From contig NC_088793.1 of the NCBI RefSeq assembly GCF_011386835.1, positions 205,592,001 through 205,656,000 on the forward strand: a DNA stretch of 64,000 nt, in the 5' to 3' direction. Positions within the stretch are counted from its first letter, which is position 1. Each line of letters starts with the position of its first letter. This document shows positions 46,738 to 64,000 of this stretch, in pieces. The DNA comes from Chrysemys picta bellii. Its lineage: Eukaryota. Under the pieces are notes generated by a model. It saw nothing but the letters and a program-made list of their open reading frames with translations. It was not told the DNA's origin and did not search any database. A program made the translations under genes and the position numbers.

Positions 46738-48700
46738 ATTTAAAGGGAAGAACTGCGTGATGGTAAACTAATAGACAACATGGAAACCAGTGAGAATGAC
46801 CTCGGAGGGGAAGAAATAACCAAGAAAAAGTCTAAAGGGCTGATGTTTAAAATAGCTTCTAAAAGTAAGTCCATTCCCGAAGGCTCTTCTCTGGGGAACG
46901 AATCCACTGCTGAATTCTCTGCTTGTCGGTCAGGTCTCTCGTGATTACAAATATTCCAGGGCGGTGAACTGCTGCTGGAAGACCCCTGGTGCTGACAAAC
47001 GGAGATTTACTGAATTGCTGTGAATTGGTATTAATCAACCCACAGCAATGAGTCAGTGAGTGCACTCTCGCAGGCGTGTGTGTGTTAGGTGCAGTGTGCC
47101 TCTACCCAACTGAGCCCCTCTCCAATAGCCTACTCGTGCACCGTTGCCATTACAGGATGGCGTGTTAACTTGACCATTTGGGGGGGAAGAAAAGAAAAGC
47201 TTAGTGGGACTGTAGAAGAAGCCACTCCTGGTGAGATGAGCTGTTCAAAACCTTAATTCTCCCCTGATCTCATCAAACACAGATGTCCAGGGCACTTCCA
47301 GTCCCAAGGCAGGGAGGGGAGCAGCCCTGCATTGGGGTGGCAGGGGAAGCTGATATAGGTGTAGCTGTCTCTGCAGCTAAAACCCACCTAGATCCCCTTT
47401 AAATGGCAGGCTGGGGCCAAGGAGTCTCTTTAGGAATATTTCCAACATGGACGAGAAGATATGTGAGTGAAGTATGATGGGAACTGGCAGGGCTCTTGGC
47501 TTGGCAGTTCATAGCCCCGGCACCTCTATGCTTGCTGCATCAGTTATGAAAGTTAAATTGCTTGAGCCCCCAGCACCTCTTTCATCGGAGCACGCCCACA
47601 TGTTTGTGCCATATTTGATCACAATCAGGCCCAACAGCCAATCAGAATGCAGTTTGGGGCTTTTGGGCATCCCCACTCCGATTCTAATAGTGTTTCTGCT
47701 GTTTTTATTGTAGCACTTTCTTTGTCAAGCTCCTGGGCTTTACAGCATGCGCTCGTTGCCTGCAGTAGCTACTTACACAAGGAACAGTCTTGGTGGTTCA
47801 GCTTCTCCAGATGTTAGGAAGCCTCTTTGTTGCTGTTTTCTCCTTGTATCCACTTCACTTTTATCCTGGCTGAGGCTCTTTGGTAACTCTTTGCAACTCT
47901 TACTGCTTGGTTTAATGCTCATCCTTCCCTCCCAGAAACTCTCTCCCTGTATCTTGGCTGTTTCCTGTTGAAGCTCACTATAAGCCTGGATTCACTGTTT
48001 AACACAAAAACTGACTGAAAGCCTGAGTCTAGGGGCCTCATATGGAGCTCCCTGCTTCAAGTGCTCTATCAAAACTAACAGGAGTACTTGTGGCACCTTA
48101 GAGACTAACAAATTTATTAGAGCATAAGCTTTCGTGGACTACAGCCCAAATCTATCAAAACTGCTTCATTTAAAAAAATCCCTTGAACGGGCAGCAGTTA
48201 ATGAAAACTGTTTGCTCTTTCAATGTGGATTTGTTCAGGATGTTCAAATAGTTATTGGGCAAAGTGCTAGAAAATGTGTTGTAGGGACCAATCCTACAGA
48301 GGGAGATTCTCACATGTATATGGTTTTTATAGTGGTAAATAACACATGCTGATTGAAAGAGCTGCCTTTGGTTGCTGGGGAATGGGGTGTAAGCCGGCAG
48401 GGTAGACACCTCAGTGACTTGTCACCCAGTGAGCAACATATCACAAAATGACTTGACTTGACCATTCAGCCTTTGAGCATAAAGTAGCCATTCCCTTGAT
48501 TTAACTAGCCGAGGCCAGTAGAGAAACCAATGTATTTTTTTTTTCTTTTCTCAGGGTACAGAACAGTTGACGCTTTGCTTCAGCGTATGTTTGAGGCAGA
48601 GATACTACCAGAAGATGATGGGCCATCAGTGGACGAAATCTTAAACCTCTCCCCTGCTGATGTTTACCCAAAGAATCCCACCTTTGACAGCGCTGCATAG
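19024..48700 (+). CDS. TPCN3: Two-pore channel 3 (TPC3), complete, 19 coding exons, 2277 nt = 758 aa + stop
   Basis: Exons 19024-19062, 22628-22710, 27512-27626, 28990-29118, 29595-29711, 33818-33936, 34216-34317, 35204-35330, 37310-37511, 38740-38884, 40770-40955, 42121-42185, 42827-42914, 43692-43761, 44378-44597, 44860-44950, 45698-45811, 46746-46864, 48555-48700. Phases close without a stop; all introns are GT-AG except 44598-44859 (AT-AC). Motifs: [28 protein letters not shown]4 RWSRFLRP, filter [12 protein letters not shown]4 LRVLRLIR, filter II VVNQWH. Exon 1 is the least certain (short, no conserved motif). Confidence 0.92.
19946..20074 (-). mobile_element. Solo Penelope pseudo-LTR nested inside a MITE
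   Basis: Contains gtagcagccatgttagtctgtatc...gtggcaccttagagactaac...gcataagctttc...cttcagatgcat, the same family as 4411-4589 and 5327-5538. Confidence 0.85.
20033..20072 (-). ncRNA. Candidate minimal type I hammerhead ribozyme with canonical CUGANGA/GAAA core
   Basis: The minus strand reads GCAT-CTGAAGA-A-GTGGG-ctgtag-CCCAT-GAAA-GCTT-ATGC. Confidence 0.65.
20968..21480 (+). mobile_element. Penelope 3' fragment (GIY-YIG C-terminus, 3' UTR, pseudo-LTR)
   Basis: Encodes [12 protein letters not shown] and, after a small deletion, [30 protein letters not shown]. Pseudo-LTR at about 21370-21480 with AATAAA at 21427-21432. Confidence 0.85.
22990..24590 (+). pseudogene. Degenerate CR1 ORF2 (APE endonuclease and RT pieces)
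   Basis: [65 protein letters not shown]; frameshifted and interrupted by a MITE. Confidence 0.85.
24077..24385. mobile_element. hAT MITE inserted in CR1
   Basis: CAGGGGTAGGCAATCT...AGGTTGCCGACCCTG; perfect TSD GTCTACAT. Confidence 0.9.
24902..25034. mobile_element. hAT/Tip100-like MITE
   Basis: TAGGGTGACCA...TGGTCACCCT. Confidence 0.7.
27110..27266 (+). mobile_element. CR1 3' end fragment
   Basis: ggactctccatccttagaggtttttaaag...ggttggtcctgctttgagcagagggttggattagat. Confidence 0.7.
27305..27352. mobile_element. 48-bp hAT micro-MITE
   Basis: CAGTGGTGGG...CCCACCACTG with perfect TSD CTTTGGGT (27297-27304, 27353-27360). Confidence 0.85.
28378..28570 (+). mobile_element. MIR-like CORE-SINE
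   Basis: ggcagtgttgcctaaaggatagagca...gaaagtcacttcacctctctgtaaactggggataat. Confidence 0.6.
31350..32200 (+). mobile_element. CR1 3' portion (RT C-terminus and 3' UTR)
   Basis: [32 protein letters not shown]; ends ggtctgacccagcaaggccattcttatg. Confidence 0.85.
32464..32718. mobile_element. Putative Harbinger-type MITE
   Basis: TTA|GGCTTTGTCTACAC...GTAGACATAGCC|TTA (3-bp TSD). Confidence 0.75.
44598..44859 (+). other. U12-type (minor spliceosome) AT-AC intron of TPC3, 262 bp
   Basis: 5' end ATATCCTTTC (U12 donor consensus), branch site TCCTTAAC at 44845-44852, terminal AC at 44858-44859. Joining G|TT gives in-frame NQWH-V-LANGF. Confidence 0.93.
46705..46734. repeat. (AT)15 microsatellite in the TPC3 exon 18 acceptor region
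   Basis: gggATATAT...ATATtttatttaaAG|G; AG at 46744-46745. Confidence 0.95.
48077..48150 (-). mobile_element. 74-bp Penelope pseudo-LTR fragment with perfect 12-bp TSD
   Basis: TCTATCAAAACT at 48065-48076 and 48151-48162 flanks aacaggagtacttgtggcaccttagagactaac...gctttcgtggactacagccc. Confidence 0.9.
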
Positions 48701-49184
48701 GGTGGAGAACAGAAGGGAATAGAAGTGGAAACACTAGTTGTCTCTATTAATTCTTAAGAGATCTCTGCTCTGACTCCAATTCATACAACTTTGGCACTGT
48801 CATGTACAAGATCCTTGGAGTTCTAGAGCAAGTCTGCACAATGATGCTCTTCTGCACATTGGACGGGTTATATTTAAAGTGGCAGCAAACTGGTAGCACC
48901 CTGTGTCAGATTGGTCAGTTTTACCGGGAGTAAAAGTCCACATATAAATCCTGGAAAGGCAAATATTTCCTAAAGGGAAAGCTCATGGAGTGTTAAGAGT
49001 GTGCATCTTACTTAGATAGCTCGGTAAGAGATCATGCTACCTAAAAATATTGTAGCATTACATATATTGTTTAAAAGTCTGACCTTGTTAAGGAATATTT
49101 AGCTACTTATAACTGGAAATTTTCTAGTACAGTGACTTTAGATGCACTACCAGTCAAGACTATATGGATAAATGTGTAAGCTAA

Positions 49185-49190
49185 AATAAA
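49185..49190 (+). terminator. Candidate TPC3 polyadenylation signal AATAAA
   Basis: Canonical hexamer about 490 nt after the stop codon; no transcript evidence. Confidence 0.35.
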
Positions 49191-51069
49191 AATGATTGGC
49201 ACAAAGCTCCTACTTAATGTGCTATTTCACTAGCCCTTGCCATGACATGCTTTCAAAGGGCTAATTAACCATGGCAGCTAAGTGGGGGGTGGGCAGAGGT
49301 TGGCCAGTACCTTAACCTTTCTCAGCTGCTAATATTCCACAGCTGTGGGCAAATCCAAATAGCCTGAAACACTGTTCTGCAGAGAGGTGCGTGCAGATGA
49401 GCCTCTCACTCGTTCTCTAGAGTCTCTGCTTTTTTCAAGAAAGGCTCTAGCTGTTCTGGTTGCAAAGAAATAGTCATGTCAGGTCTCCAGACTTTACTGA
49501 TGCAGAGATGTCTGCCTGATTTGTGCAAAGAGCCTCATACCATCATTCATTAAAGCATGTGAGGAAGTATCCTGCTGTAAAGAGACACCCAATCTACTCT
49601 GAGTAAGCAAGCACTCCTTTGGGATAAGCCTGTATCAATACAGCGTGGGTGAGAAGGAAGGTATAGTTGATTTCACTTTCATACAGGGGCCCACACAGCT
49701 TTCCAAGACTTGCCCGAAGGGTGGAAAGGAACAGGTTCTTCACCAGTAGTTCGTGGAGGAAGTTGCCTGTGTACATTGATGCTTGTGGGATGGGGGAGGC
49801 GCTCACCAAGAGCCAACTTTGGGTTCTGTCTGGCAATGCACAGTCTCCCTCTTCTACCCCCAAACATTTGAAGCTGAGGTTACAAAAGGGACATCTGGCC
49901 CCTGAATGCCTCTGTTCCTTCTGCTCACTCACAAAGGTCTGAGCCTGGAACAGTGGCTGAGGGCAAGGAGGGAGGACTGTGAGAGTGCGCAGGGCTGTGC
50001 TTTCATGCTGCAGTTGCAAATGAAGAATCCTTACAGCTGGGGGAGGGGGGGGGGAAGGAGGAGGAAGTAGTGCTCATAAAGGCAGTGGCAGGAGCTCTGT
50101 TCAGAGTCTGGAGGCTTAAAACCTGGGAGCCAGAAGTTAGATTGCCTTTCACCGCAGTCTGGTGAGAACCAAGAGGGACACTCAACTGGATCTGTGACTA
50201 CCCTATCACTTGAAAGCCTGCTGTAATGATTCACATTCAGGTTTGAGTTACACCACCTTCAAGAGAAAACCCAGTTCTAAGCCCCTAACTTCTATTCAAC
50301 ACAAACACAGTGTTTGCAGAGGGAGGTGTTTTACTACTGAATTGTAGTTTAACACAAAGATGCTGAAGCTTCACAACAGAGGTAACTTCCAACAGTATCA
50401 GTGGGAATGAATGAATTTCTCATCTATATAAACCATGAACATTTTTAGTTACTTATAAAGTACAAAGGGAAATGAAACCAAGCAGGATTCTTGTTTTGAC
50501 AAAACATTCATATGGGGTACAGGGGAAGAGACTGGATCTATCTGACAGCAAAAAACTAACAAACCTCCCCTAAATTCAAGTCCAGAAGAAGCTGCATTAA
50601 AGTGTATTAAGCATGATCCTATGGAAAGAAAAGCATATTTTTCTGACTCAGACTCATTTGGCAATGATTTTTTTCCCCTCTGATAAGTTACTTTATTTAC
50701 AAACATTTGAAAAATAGAAATAGCCCTAAATTCTCATCCCAGCTTTTCCCAACCATTTAACTTTTCCTGTGTGAATAGCCTCATCCCCTTTCAGACACAT
50801 GTATACACAGTATTTTGACTGAAGCAGTTGATACCCCTACTCTTCTTGTCCTTGGGAAGGTGTTTCCTTTCTTTGATTTCAGTCAGCTAGAAAGCAGAAC
50901 AGAACGCCTCTTGTTTCCTGACTGGTAGATTTTGAAGGATCAGGTATTTGTGCATGGAACCCTGAATGTAACTTTCCTTTCACTTTTTTTGTTTTTGTGG
51001 TAAGTCCTTGCACAATATTGTTCGCCTGTCCCTGAACAAGGGTAGAGAATTTCATCTTCTGAGAAGCAA

Positions 51070-63900
<12,831 letters not shown>

Positions 63901-63914
63901 CAAGGTTCCCCTTT

Positions 63915-64000
63915 AAAAAGCAACAGAGGGTCCTGTGGCACCTTTAAGACCAACAGAAGTATTGGGAGCATAAGTTTTCGTGGGTAAGAACCTCACTTCT
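63915..64000 (-). mobile_element. Penelope pseudo-LTR end upstream of TMEM178A (truncated by the window edge)
   Basis: ctgtggcacctttaagaccaacagaagtattgggagcataagttttcgtgggtaagaacctcacttct matches the pseudo-LTR at 4411-4500. Confidence 0.8.

Overview
Vertebrate genomic DNA, most likely turtle (inferred from the Penelope/CR1/hAT repeat landscape and an intact TPC3). Four protein-coding genes were reconstructed by hand from splice sites and reading phase: the 5' end of NPHP1 (minus, exons 1-4, running off the left edge), the micropeptide gene mitoregulin/MTLN (minus, 60 aa), a complete 19-exon two-pore channel 3 gene (TPC3/TPCN3, plus, 758 aa) and a complete TMEM178A (minus, 294 aa). Highlights: (1) TPC3 closes in frame with a minor-spliceosome U12 AT-AC intron (44598-44859), which the ORF track reads through; (2) a Penelope-like retroelement with inverted pseudo-LTRs and a 10-bp TSD splits a cluster of three ZNF143-type motifs in the NPHP1 promoter; (3) Penelope pseudo-LTR copies carry a minimal hammerhead-ribozyme-like fold, best preserved in copies not in sense to a host transcript; (4) a CLEAR-like E-box and a strong-context uORF sit at the TPC3 start; (5) same-family hAT MITEs flank MTLN as direct repeats. 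Most long ORFs in the track are artefacts of GC-rich islands, tandem repeats or antisense transposon frames. No database search was run; names rest on recalled protein similarity, and repeat boundaries are approximate unless a TSD is given.
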